A DNA stretch of 64,000 nucleotides, from assembly GCA_016206285.1 (NCBI GenBank), contig JACQRW010000007.1, positions 16,455 through 80,454 of the forward strand, given 5' to 3'. Shown here piece after piece: positions 18,386-27,247 of this stretch. Position numbers and translations under genes: made by a program. Numbering within the stretch: position 1 is the first letter of the stretch; each line of letters starts with the position of its first letter. Under the pieces are notes generated by a model. The model did no database searches and was not told the DNA's origin. It saw only the letters and a program-made list of their open reading frames with translations. The DNA is from Candidatus Sungiibacteriota bacterium. GTDB lineage: Bacteria; Patescibacteriota; Minisyncoccia; Sungbacterales; HO2-52-23.

Positions 18386-19399
18386 ATGTCAAAAATACTT
18401 ATAACCGGCGGGGCCGGTTTTGTCGGATACCATCTGGCAAAACGGCTGGCGGATCAGGAACACGAAATAGTACTCGTTGATAATTTTTCGCGCAACGGAC
18501 GCGATGCCGATTTACTGACCCTGCTTCAACGGCCGAACACCAAGCTTATCGAAGGAGACCTTACCGATCCGGCATCATATGAGAAATTTGGCACCGGATA
18601 TGATTATGTATACCACCTCGCAGGCATCAACGGATTCCGGCAGTTCATGGACATGCCGCATGAAGTGCTGCGAGTCGGCGCTGCCACGGCTTTAAATATC
18701 CTTGACTGGTTCCGGACAAAAAACAATCCGCCGGCAGGCGGACAAGGCGCAAAAATTCTTTTTACCTCAAGCAACGAAGTATTCACCGGAGCACACGAGG
18801 CATTTGGTGCACTGCCCGTTCCCACGCCGGAAAATGTGCCATTGGTGATCGCCGACCCCTACAACCCGCGGTGGTCGTATGCCGGTTCAAAGATCATCAG
18901 CGAATTGTTGTTCATCCACTATGCCAAAGTGTATAACCTGCGCATGGTGATTGTGCGGCTCCACAATCTTTACGGCCCCGGTGCCGGATATGATGCCATG
19001 ATCCCAAAATTCATTGGACGCACTCATAATCGCCTTGACCCGTTCCCCATGTTCGGTCCGGACGATCTCCGCGCATCATGCTATATCGCAGACGCGGTCG
19101 AGGCTATGCAGACAGCCATCGAATCTTCCGCCACTGACGGACAAACATACCATATCGGCGACTCCCGCGAGGCCACGATAAAAACCATTTTGGAAACCAT
19201 GTTTGAGATCATGCAGTGGCATCCGAAAGAATTTGACATCAAACCGTCTCCGAATGGTCCGCCAACTGGCGGATCAACCCGAGATATACTCGACGTCTCC
19301 AAAATCAAGACCGACATTGGATGGGAAGCAAAAACCTCGCTTGAGCAGGGATTACGAAAAACCATCGAGTGGTACCTGGCGCATCCGGCCCAATCCTAA
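18386..19399 (+). CDS. NAD-dependent epimerase/dehydratase (extended SDR), tandem paralog B
   Basis: ILITGGAGFVGYHL and SYAGSK; about 60-65% identical to paralog A over the full length. Confidence 0.8.
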   Translation: MSKILITGGAGFVGYHLAKRLADQEHEIVLVDNFSRNGRDADLLTLLQRPNTKLIEGDLTDPASYEKFGTGYDYVYHLAGINGFRQFMDMPHEVLRVGAATALNILDWFRTKNNPPAGGQGAKILFTSSNEVFTGAHEAFGALPVPTPENVPLVIADPYNPRWSYAGSKIISELLFIHYAKVYNLRMVIVRLHNLYGPGAGYDAMIPKFIGRTHNRLDPFPMFGPDDLRASCYIADAVEAMQTAIESSATDGQTYHIGDSREATIKTILETMFEIMQWHPKEFDIKPSPNGPPTGGSTRDILDVSKIKTDIGWEAKTSLEQGLRKTIEWYLAHPAQS

Positions 19400-19477
19400 T
19401 TATCAAAAATCAGTATAATCATCTAAACAATTACTCGACGATCGTCAGAAGATTGTTAAGATGATTAACAACAAAAA

Positions 19478-19514
19478 AGCGCGGGCTGAACTTCAGCGCC
19501 GCGCTCGTTTTTTT
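19478..19514. terminator. Bidirectional rho-independent terminator between convergent genes
   Basis: AAAAAA-AGCGCGGGCTGAACTTCAGCGCCGCGCT-CGTTTTTTT: a GC-rich hairpin with an A-run upstream and a T-run downstream. Confidence 0.65.
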
Positions 19515-19596
19515 ACTAAAATAGACAATAATCGTCTTGCGTTTTAGTATGAAAAAAACAATCCACGAGAATCAAAATATCTATAAATTTTTACAT

Positions 19597-20847
19597 TCAG
19601 AAAATCTCCGGCTTGGGAAGCGGCATGATGAATTTGCCTTTGTAGCCGGCGGCGCGAAGTTTATCCATGAGCTCGTGGCCAATGTGCCAGGAAAGCATGA
19701 GTGCGAATTCGGGCTGATCCTCGAAGAGTTGTTTTTCATCAAGCACCGGAATATGCGTGCCGGGAGTGAACATGCCGATCTTTGGCGAGCCGGCGCGCTC
19801 TACGGCGTAGTCGAGCAATTGCTCGTCTATCTTGGCAAATCCGAGCAGCGTATTCGATCGACACGGGCTGCCGATACCCACAATGCGGCCGCCCGTCTGC
19901 TTGCACTCGATCAGCACGCGCAGCAATTCGTGTTTTGCGCCAACCGCATCAGCCGCAAACTCGCGGAGTTTCTTAATATCGTATAGCCCGGCTTCTTTTT
20001 CTTTTTTCATGAGTTCTTTGACCCGTACAGATGGAGCGTGCTTTCCCTTCATGGCATACACGCGAATGGAACCTCCGGCAGCGGTAATGCGCTCCGCATC
20101 CACAATACTCATGCCATACTGGCTAAAAAGATATTGCAAAGGTTTCAATCCATAAAACCGCAAGTGCTCGTGATACACCGTATCAAACTCAAGCTTTTCG
20201 ATAATGTCCATCAGGTATTGCGATTCGGAAACAAACACGCCGTCTTTATCCAAAACGGTTTTGATGCTTGCCATAAGCTCCGGCATGTTGATGATATGGG
20301 CAAACACATTAGTCGCGGTCACAAAACGCGCCTTGCCGTATTTTTTGACAACTGCGCGTGCAGTTTTCAAATCAAGAAACGCCTGAATCGTCGGGATCTT
20401 GTTTTTGTTCGCCACCTTTGCCGCGTCAGTCGGCTCAATGCCCAGCACCCGCAGCCCCCTTTCTTTGAATTGCGCGAGCAACGAGCCGTCGTTGGAGCCG
20501 ATGTCTATAATCAGATCTTTGGGCTTGAAATGGTATTGCTCATCCATAGTCTCGGCAAGCTGGCGGAAATTGCGGATAAGCATGTTGGTCATGCCGGTGC
20601 GGTACGGATAGTTTTTCGGAAACACGATCTCCGGATCAATGATATAGTCCACCTGGGTCAGCCCGCACTTGGTGCAAAATTGCAGATTGAGCGGATAGGT
20701 CATCTCATGCACTAATCTGTCAGTAAGATACTCCTGCGGAATGGGCTGATGCCCCAAAGAGAGCACCGGCTGCAATTTCGTATTCCCGCACACCTGGCAT
20801 TTGATAACCGGCCCGATATGGCGCGATGTGGTTTTTTTTGTAGGCAT
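19597..20847 (-). CDS. NDP-hexose C-methyltransferase family (zinc-ribbon + class I SAM MTase + C-methyltransferase C-terminal domain; TylCIII/TcaB9-like)
   Basis: N-terminal CQVCGNTKL...HQPI zinc ribbon, IIDIGSNDGSLL SAM motif, about 416 aa, typical of sugar C3/C5-methyltransferases. Confidence 0.75.
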   Translation of the reverse strand: MPTKKTTSRHIGPVIKCQVCGNTKLQPVLSLGHQPIPQEYLTDRLVHEMTYPLNLQFCTKCGLTQVDYIIDPEIVFPKNYPYRTGMTNMLIRNFRQLAETMDEQYHFKPKDLIIDIGSNDGSLLAQFKERGLRVLGIEPTDAAKVANKNKIPTIQAFLDLKTARAVVKKYGKARFVTATNVFAHIINMPELMASIKTVLDKDGVFVSESQYLMDIIEKLEFDTVYHEHLRFYGLKPLQYLFSQYGMSIVDAERITAAGGSIRVYAMKGKHAPSVRVKELMKKEKEAGLYDIKKLREFAADAVGAKHELLRVLIECKQTGGRIVGIGSPCRSNTLLGFAKIDEQLLDYAVERAGSPKIGMFTPGTHIPVLDEKQLFEDQPEFALMLSWHIGHELMDKLRAAGYKGKFIMPLPKPEIF

Positions 20848-20995
20848 AGATTTTGTTGTGTTATGAAATTTGAAACGAAAAAAAACACGTTATGGTAACG
20901 TGAATATAGCATCTTGAAACCGGAAGCGCAAGTAAAAAATTTTGGTAGGGTGCGCACAAGTTTCCTCATACGCACCCCGATGACTGACGAGACGA

Positions 20996-21823
20996 CTACT
21001 CGATGCCGAAAAGCAGCATCAAAGTCGCCGCCCCCGTCGGGAGGAACTTCTCGGTATCGAGCATCCTCCGGACTTCGGACTCGGAGAACGCTCCAACCTT
21101 CCCCTCCCACGAATCTTTCGCCGTTGTTGCCCGCGCGAGAACTTCTTTCGCGGACAGGTTAACTTCGGCATAAAAGCAAACTTCCTCCGCCGCACTGTCC
21201 CGAGGCAACTGCAGTGCCAACCCGAGCTGTTTGACGAACCGAACGTCACAACTCAAGACGTTCAGTTCCTCTTGCAATTCCACCAAACATTGCAGGAGCG
21301 GGGTACGGGTCTCCATCGCCAAGTTCAGGTCACAGTATCCGGCGGCGCTCGTGTGGAGCATACCGCCGAAATGCGATTGACCTTTCGACCGGGACGCCAG
21401 TACCAGCAGGTCATCCGACGTCCGCACCAGACAATTTACAGTGAGCACATTGAAGTGCTCTTCCAGCGGGAGTGCCTCCCGCACATCTCCCCGCGACATG
21501 AGCACGTACTGCGCCCATGTCACCGGGAAGCAACAGATCACACCACGCTCTGATTCTGAAAATGAACCGAGTCTTGTTGGATAAAAAGAGGAAATCCCCA
21601 CGCGATGGGGCAGCATATCCCTTTTGGGAAATGGTTGCCCTTTCGCGTCCCGCCATGCCGCAACTCGCGCATCAAGCGTAGGCGTGGGGACATTCTCGTC
21701 AAAAGCCAGACGGTACGGAACCGTGCTGGCATCCAACAACTTGACCTCGTGCTTCTGCCACAAGTTCATGGCAGACCCCCCTTCTTCTTGTAAAGTTACG
21801 CTCTCCGGCAGGCGTTTGGACAA
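20996..21823 (-). CDS. Hypothetical protein encoded in a locally GC-rich segment
   Basis: 275-aa ORF with visibly higher GC and GC3 than its flanks. A hairpin (GGGTGCG...CGCACCC) plus T-run lies just downstream at about 20948..20977. Confidence 0.5.
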   Translation of the reverse strand: MSKRLPESVTLQEEGGSAMNLWQKHEVKLLDASTVPYRLAFDENVPTPTLDARVAAWRDAKGQPFPKRDMLPHRVGISSFYPTRLGSFSESERGVICCFPVTWAQYVLMSRGDVREALPLEEHFNVLTVNCLVRTSDDLLVLASRSKGQSHFGGMLHTSAAGYCDLNLAMETRTPLLQCLVELQEELNVLSCDVRFVKQLGLALQLPRDSAAEEVCFYAEVNLSAKEVLARATTAKDSWEGKVGAFSESEVRRMLDTEKFLPTGAATLMLLFGIE

Positions 21824-22005
21824 CCATTGCCCAACCTGCCGAATATGGCACTATATTACCACGTCCCGATACAAAAGTCAAATCTAATCTGGGTGGAAGG
21901 AAAGACAAAAACCGCAGAGCGGATCATGTGGTTTGGCTACAGTCAAATCAAAAACTTTGACGAGACCAAAAGAAAACGCTACACTTGCAGCATAATAAAG
22001 CCCCT

Positions 22006-22914
22006 ATGCCCCCCACCCTTTCCTACATCACCGCAACTAAAAATAAGCTGCCCTATTTTAAACAAGGAATAGAGAGATTGATCGCCCACAAAAAACCGGA
22101 CGAGGAGATTTTGGTTGCTGACGGGGCAAGCACGGACGGAACTCCGGAGTATCTGGCGGAGCTGAAAGCTGCGGGAAAGATTGACTGGTTCGTGTCTGAA
22201 CCGGACTTTGCGGAGTCGCATGCCTTGAACAAGCTTTTCCTGGCGGCACGGGGAGAAGTGATCAAGATCATCAATGACGATGATGCATATTATTTTCCGA
22301 CGATCGAGGCATGCAAGAAATTCATGCTGGAGCATCCGGAGATAGACTTTATGGGTACGGAAGGCGGGTCGTTCAAACATGAAACGCCGGAAAGGCAGGT
22401 GATCCGAAAAGTCGCTGGGTATGAGCAAAATTTCCGGAAGTGGAAGAGCGATCATACGCCGTTCGAGTTTGCGGTATTGGGGCTTATGTTTCGCCGGTCT
22501 TCCCTGCCCGTTTTGGGATTTTGGGATCTCTCGTTCAAAAATGCCGATGCGGAGTATACGTTTCGTTCCACCGCAGGCCCGGCAAAGCTTGCGTGGTGCC
22601 TGAATCCATCGTTTGTATTCATCCGCACCAAAGAAGGCGTGACCATGAACAATCTGAAGCGGATGCGTGAAGAGGCGCTGCGCTTGCGCAAATTTTATCT
22701 AGGCGAAAACCCGCCATCTCCTCTCTTGATCGCGGTCAAACGCCCGTTTCGGAACATGCGCGAGATGATGAGCGCACGAAAAAGCGAAGTGCTGAGAAAA
22801 GCGCCGGGTTCCGCATCTGATACACGCGGAGAATCATGGGCTGAACTGTATCAAGAAGGAGAGCAGTGGCTGATCGAGCAAAACCGCGGAAAAGAATTTG
22901 AATTTCTTTCGTAG
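22006..22914 (+). CDS. Glycosyltransferase family 2-like, tandem paralog A
   Basis: LSYITATKNKLPYFKQGIERLIAHKKPDEEILVADGASTDGT GT2 N-terminal signature. Start taken at the ATG for MPPTLSY, by alignment with paralog B. Confidence 0.65.
   Translation: MPPTLSYITATKNKLPYFKQGIERLIAHKKPDEEILVADGASTDGTPEYLAELKAAGKIDWFVSEPDFAESHALNKLFLAARGEVIKIINDDDAYYFPTIEACKKFMLEHPEIDFMGTEGGSFKHETPERQVIRKVAGYEQNFRKWKSDHTPFEFAVLGLMFRRSSLPVLGFWDLSFKNADAEYTFRSTAGPAKLAWCLNPSFVFIRTKEGVTMNNLKRMREEALRLRKFYLGENPPSPLLIAVKRPFRNMREMMSARKSEVLRKAPGSASDTRGESWAELYQEGEQWLIEQNRGKEFEFLS
22081..22180. repeat. About 100-nt tract nearly identical (4 mismatches) to 22990..23089 in the tandem GT2 paralog
   Basis: Direct comparison: atcgcccacaaaaaaccgga..ggagattttggttgc.gacggggcaagcacggacggaactccggagtatctggcggagctgaaagc.gcgggaaa.at. 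Confidence 0.8.
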
Positions 22915-22917
22915 AAT

Positions 22918-23823
22918 ATGACAACCCTTTCCTATATCATCGCCACGCGCAACAAGCTCCCCTATCTCAAAGCGGGGCTTGAAAAACTCATCGCCCACAA
23001 AAAACCGGATGAGGAGATTTTGGTTGCGGACGGGGCAAGCACGGACGGAACTCCGGAGTATCTGGCGGAGCTGAAAGCAGCGGGAAAAATCGAGTATTTT
23101 GTATCGGAGAAAGATTTCGGGCTTGCGCATGCGCTGAATAAATTGGTGCTGGTTTCAAACGGTACGCTTCTGAAATATCTGACCGATGACGACGCCTTTG
23201 ATTATGGAGTAATTCAAAAATGCAGAACGTTCATGCTTGAGCACCCGGAAGTTGATCTCGTGAACACCGAGGGCGGATCGCTCAACGATCCATCCCGCAT
23301 GGCTGCATACCAAGACCCGCTGCAGGTAGTGCGGGCGCTGAACTATGAAGAGCCGTACAAACAATGGCAACAAGACCACACGCCTTTTTATTTTTGCGAT
23401 CTGGGTATCATATTCCGGCGCTCGTCGCTGCCGGTGACGGGTTTTTGGAATGTGCTGTTCCCCGGACCCGACATTGAACTCTCCCTCCGGACAAGCAAAG
23501 GACGGGTAAATATCGCATGGTACACCGGCTACTCGTACGTCAATATCAGCAACCCCCAGAGCGTGAGCGTGGTATTCATGCAAAAAACGAAAAGACTGAC
23601 GGAGCGGCTGGACAAGCTCTATTTTGATAAAAATCCGGACTCTCTCATTGTGCGGAAGCTGAAAGTGCTGCGCAATAAACTGCGGAGCGGCTTGATGCCT
23701 AAAACCTCCGGCACATCAATACCCTTTCAGGAACAATGGCCGGAGCTTATCAAGACATCGGAAAAATGGCTTGAGCTTAAAAATCTGCAAAAAGAACCTG
23801 AGTTCCTCGTAAAGCCCCTATGA
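22918..23823 (+). CDS. Glycosyltransferase family 2-like, tandem paralog B
   Basis: LSYIIATRNKLPYLKAGLEKLIAHKKPDEEILVADGASTDGT; shares a ~100-nt near-identical tract with paralog A. Confidence 0.65.
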   Translation: MTTLSYIIATRNKLPYLKAGLEKLIAHKKPDEEILVADGASTDGTPEYLAELKAAGKIEYFVSEKDFGLAHALNKLVLVSNGTLLKYLTDDDAFDYGVIQKCRTFMLEHPEVDLVNTEGGSLNDPSRMAAYQDPLQVVRALNYEEPYKQWQQDHTPFYFCDLGIIFRRSSLPVTGFWNVLFPGPDIELSLRTSKGRVNIAWYTGYSYVNISNPQSVSVVFMQKTKRLTERLDKLYFDKNPDSLIVRKLKVLRNKLRSGLMPKTSGTSIPFQEQWPELIKTSEKWLELKNLQKEPEFLVKPL

Positions 23824-24893
23824 ATCTTCTTGAGTATCAGGGCAAAGAACTGTTGAAAAAATATGCGATCCCGGTACCGGATTCTTTTTTGATGTATCCG
23901 GAAAGCTTTCTTCCCGATCTTTCGATTCCATTTTTTCTCAAATCCCAGGTTGCGGCCGGAGACAGAAATAAATATGGGGGCATCGTGCAGGTCGAATCGG
24001 CGGCTGATTTTATATCCGCAAAAGAAAAACTTTTCAAAACTCCGATTGCGGGTCTCAAACCGGACGTACTTTTGGCCGAAAAGAAAATCGGGTATACGGG
24101 GGAGCTCTATCTCTCATTCAGCTATGATACCCGCACGCGTGCTCCCGCTCTGTCGCTCGCGCGCCAAGGAGGCAGCGGCGTAGCCGAGGCATGCGTGTTT
24201 CCGATTGACATTGTTACGGGACTTCAAGATTTTTTTATCCGAGATGCCCTGCTTTCTGCAGGGCTTCCGCTCCATGCGGAATTGAAAGGGATCATACAAA
24301 AACTCTGGCGCCTGTTCGAATCAGAACACGCTCTTGTTGCCGAGATCAATCCCCTTTTTGCCACAGGAGAAACGGGCTACATTGCGGGTGATGCAAAAAT
24401 AATCCTGGACGACTACCATGCAAATCCCGAATACCGTCCGTTTATTGATCTTCCGGGCGACATCGCCATTATCGCATCGGGCGGGGGCGCGTCCATGCTC
24501 AATATTGACGCGCTTATGCATGCCGGAGGCAAACCCGCCAATTATGCGGAATACTCCGGCAATCCGCCGGCAAGCGTGGTGGAAGAACTTACAGTCCGCA
24601 TTTTGACCAAACCGGGCTTAAAAGGCTGCTGGGTGATCGGCGGCACGGCAAATTTTACCGATATCTATGAAACCATGCTCGGCTTTGTCGCCGGACTCCG
24701 CAAGATCAGCCCCAAGCCGGATTTTCCCATTGTGATCCGCCGCGACGGCCCGCGACGTGAAGAGGCATTTCAAATGCTTCAGGAAGTTGCTTCGCGCGAG
24801 GGATATACCTTCTCGCTTTTCGGCCCTGAAGTTCCTATGGCATACACGGCAGAATATCTTGTGAAAAAAATATATGAGCATTCTGATAGATAA
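23820..24893 (+). CDS. Succinyl-CoA-synthetase beta-subunit-like ATP-grasp protein (citryl-CoA synthetase/ACL small-subunit-like)
   Basis: MNLLEYQGKELLKKYAIPVP N-terminus typical of SucC/ACL ATP-grasp; about 357 aa. Overlaps the next gene (coupled). Confidence 0.7.
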   Translation: MNLLEYQGKELLKKYAIPVPDSFLMYPESFLPDLSIPFFLKSQVAAGDRNKYGGIVQVESAADFISAKEKLFKTPIAGLKPDVLLAEKKIGYTGELYLSFSYDTRTRAPALSLARQGGSGVAEACVFPIDIVTGLQDFFIRDALLSAGLPLHAELKGIIQKLWRLFESEHALVAEINPLFATGETGYIAGDAKIILDDYHANPEYRPFIDLPGDIAIIASGGGASMLNIDALMHAGGKPANYAEYSGNPPASVVEELTVRILTKPGLKGCWVIGGTANFTDIYETMLGFVAGLRKISPKPDFPIVIRRDGPRREEAFQMLQEVASREGYTFSLFGPEVPMAYTAEYLVKKIYEHSDR

Positions 24894-25785
24894 AAATACC
24901 AAGGTGCTGGTGCAGGGCATTACCGGAAAAGAGGGGGGACGCGCGGCTGAAGATATGCTCGCCTACGGTACGGCTGTCATAGGGGGCACGTCTCCGGGAA
25001 AAGGCGGCGCGCGCGAAAAAAATAATCTGCCTGTTTTCAACAGCGTGGCTGAGGCAATGGCCGCATACCCGGATATCGGCGCGTCCATGATCGCGGTTCC
25101 GGCTCCGTTTGTGTTCGATGCGGCTATGGAGGCGATCGCATCGCGAATCCCCCTTATCGTGATCTTGTCGGAAAAAGTCCCGGTCAGCCACGTTGCCAAG
25201 ATAATCGCGCACGCAAAATTGAATGGCGTGCGGATCGTGGGGCCAAGCTCCATCGGGATCATCTCGCCGGGACGCGCAAAGATCGGCAGCGTGGGCGCGG
25301 CGGGCATCGCTGACCGGATATTTTCACCGGGCACGGTGGGCGTGATCTCAAAAAGCGGAGGCATGACGGCAGAACTGTCGCGCATACTTACCGATGCGGG
25401 CATTGGCCAGAGCACGGCAATCGGCATAGGCGGAGATCTGCTGATCGGCACCGATTTTGTTGACGCCGCACTTTTATTCGAGCAAGATAAAGACACCAAA
25501 GCTTTGGCTATCTTCGGAGAAATCGGCGGCACCTATGAAGAACAGCTTGCGGACGCGATCCGGCAAAAGAAGATCACCAAACCGGTTGTCGCGCTTATCG
25601 CCGGGCAATTTTCCGAACAGCTTGCTACAGGAGCAGTATTGGGCCATGCCGGAGCGATCGTGATGAAAGGAGCGGGGTCGTTTACGTCCAAAATCAAAGC
25701 GCTGCGCGAGGCCGGAGCGATCGTAGCCGAGACTCCCGAAGATATTCCGGTACACCTTCAGCAACTTTTAGGTAAAACCATATGA
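24874..25785 (+). CDS. Succinyl-CoA-synthetase alpha-subunit-like CoA-binding/ligase protein with phosphohistidine loop
   Basis: VLVQGITGKEGG CoA-binding motif and GAVLGHAGAIV (GHAGA catalytic His loop). Confidence 0.8.
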   Translation: MSILIDKNTKVLVQGITGKEGGRAAEDMLAYGTAVIGGTSPGKGGAREKNNLPVFNSVAEAMAAYPDIGASMIAVPAPFVFDAAMEAIASRIPLIVILSEKVPVSHVAKIIAHAKLNGVRIVGPSSIGIISPGRAKIGSVGAAGIADRIFSPGTVGVISKSGGMTAELSRILTDAGIGQSTAIGIGGDLLIGTDFVDAALLFEQDKDTKALAIFGEIGGTYEEQLADAIRQKKITKPVVALIAGQFSEQLATGAVLGHAGAIVMKGAGSFTSKIKALREAGAIVAETPEDIPVHLQQLLGKTI

Positions 25786-26486
25786 AAATAAAAACAGAGA
25801 TCAGCGCTTCGCAAGATCACGAACATAATATCCGCGGGAAACCGCTTGGCGATCTTATCCGGAATCATTCGTTTGTCGAAACTCTTTTTTTGCTTTTTCG
25901 CGGCAACATGCCAAACAAAGCTGAAGAGGATCTCCTGAATGCCCTGCTGGTCAGCGCAGCAGAACATGATATTGAGGCACCTTCTCTCTTCGTACCCAGG
26001 ATAAGCACATCTGTCGGCAATCCGCCGCAGGCCGCACTCGCCGCTGGCATCTTGTCCATCGGTCCCAGCCATGGAGGCGCGGGATGGGAGGCGGCCCGGC
26101 TCCTTGCAGGCCCGGAAACGCCGCAAGAGATCGTAACAAGATTTTTAAAAGAACATGCGCCGATACCCGGTTACGGGCACAGGATATATAAAGATGCAGA
26201 CCCGAGAGTTTCCGTCATCGAAGAAAAGATCCGCGTATCCGGCGTTTCGGGGACGCATTTTGACCGCGCCCGGGCGATTGAAAAAGAACTTGCAACGCAA
26301 AAAGGAAAACATATTCCCTTGAACATAGACGGCGCTTTTGCCGCATGCGTTCTTGACCTTGGTTTTGCGCCGGAAACCGCCCTGGAACTTTTCATTCTTG
26401 CCCGCATCGCAGGCATGTCGGCGCATATCAACGAAGAACGGCAACAGCATAATCCGTACTATCGGCTTGAAAATGGTTCATTATGA
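25782..26486 (+). CDS. Citrate-synthase-fold protein (citryl-CoA-lyase / ATP-citrate-lyase C-terminal-domain-like)
   Basis: PGYGHRIYKDADPRV matches the citrate-synthase active-site signature. 234 aa, the size of Ccl-type citryl-CoA lyases. Confidence 0.7.
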   Translation: MKIKTEISASQDHEHNIRGKPLGDLIRNHSFVETLFLLFRGNMPNKAEEDLLNALLVSAAEHDIEAPSLFVPRISTSVGNPPQAALAAGILSIGPSHGGAGWEAARLLAGPETPQEIVTRFLKEHAPIPGYGHRIYKDADPRVSVIEEKIRVSGVSGTHFDRARAIEKELATQKGKHIPLNIDGAFAACVLDLGFAPETALELFILARIAGMSAHINEERQQHNPYYRLENGSL

Positions 26487-27199
26487 AAAAGATTATCCGA
26501 AAATTCATGCCGGAGCTCGTTCTTTTTTTGCGCGTGCAGTATCTCAAAGCAAAGCAAAACAGGCATGAGCTGCAAAAATACGCAAGCCTTCAGGCTGCAG
26601 ACTCTGTGTCCGTATCCGGAACATGCGCATTCGGCGATCACACCAAGGCCGGAGAACGCACCCGCCTGTTTGACGTTTCGCTCGGGAACCATTCGTATTT
26701 TATGGAGGATTGCTTTGCCAGAAATTGCACGATCGGCGCGTACTGTTCCATTGCTCCTCATGCGGTCATCGGTCTGGGGCAGCACCCTGTGAACTTCGTC
26801 TCAACCCATCCTGCATTTTATTTCGATACAAAACAAAAAATGTTTACCTACGCGGACGAAAAATACGTCCAAGAATTTCCGCAAAGCGCGCATATCATGA
26901 TCGGCAATGATGTATGGATCGGACAGGGAGCGCTGGTAAGAGACGGCGTTGCCATAGGCAACGGCGCGATTATCGGCGCCGGAGCCGTAGTCGTAAAAGA
27001 TGTCGAGCCGTACAGTATTGTGGGCGGGGTTCCGGCGCGTCTGATCCGCTATCGTTTTGAACCCGAAGAAATAGCATTTTTGCAAAAATTCAAATGGTGG
27101 GAAAAAAACGAAGCATGGCTGAAAGAGAATTGGAAGTACTTTTCGGACATCAAAAAATTGATGGCGAAATACGCAAAAACCGGCATGCCTGATGCCTAA
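26483..27199 (+). CDS. Hexapeptide-repeat (left-handed beta-helix) acetyltransferase, xenobiotic/Vat/CatB-like
   Basis: Repeated [LIV]GxxxxIG hexapeptides (IGNDVWIGQGALV, IGNGAIIGAGAVV); ATGA overlap with the upstream gene. Confidence 0.8.
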   Translation: MKKIIRKFMPELVLFLRVQYLKAKQNRHELQKYASLQAADSVSVSGTCAFGDHTKAGERTRLFDVSLGNHSYFMEDCFARNCTIGAYCSIAPHAVIGLGQHPVNFVSTHPAFYFDTKQKMFTYADEKYVQEFPQSAHIMIGNDVWIGQGALVRDGVAIGNGAIIGAGAVVVKDVEPYSIVGGVPARLIRYRFEPEEIAFLQKFKWWEKNEAWLKENWKYFSDIKKLMAKYAKTGMPDA

Positions 27200-27247
27200 C
27201 GCCCGTTTGATAAAAAAGACGATCCATACTATACTGGGAAACAGAAT

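Noticed and set aside
19537-20715. Plus-strand ORFs 19537..19986, 19832..20155, 20038..20715 opposite the C-methyltransferase
   Set aside because: Antisense shadow ORFs; the minus-strand gene has the zinc-ribbon and SAM motifs.
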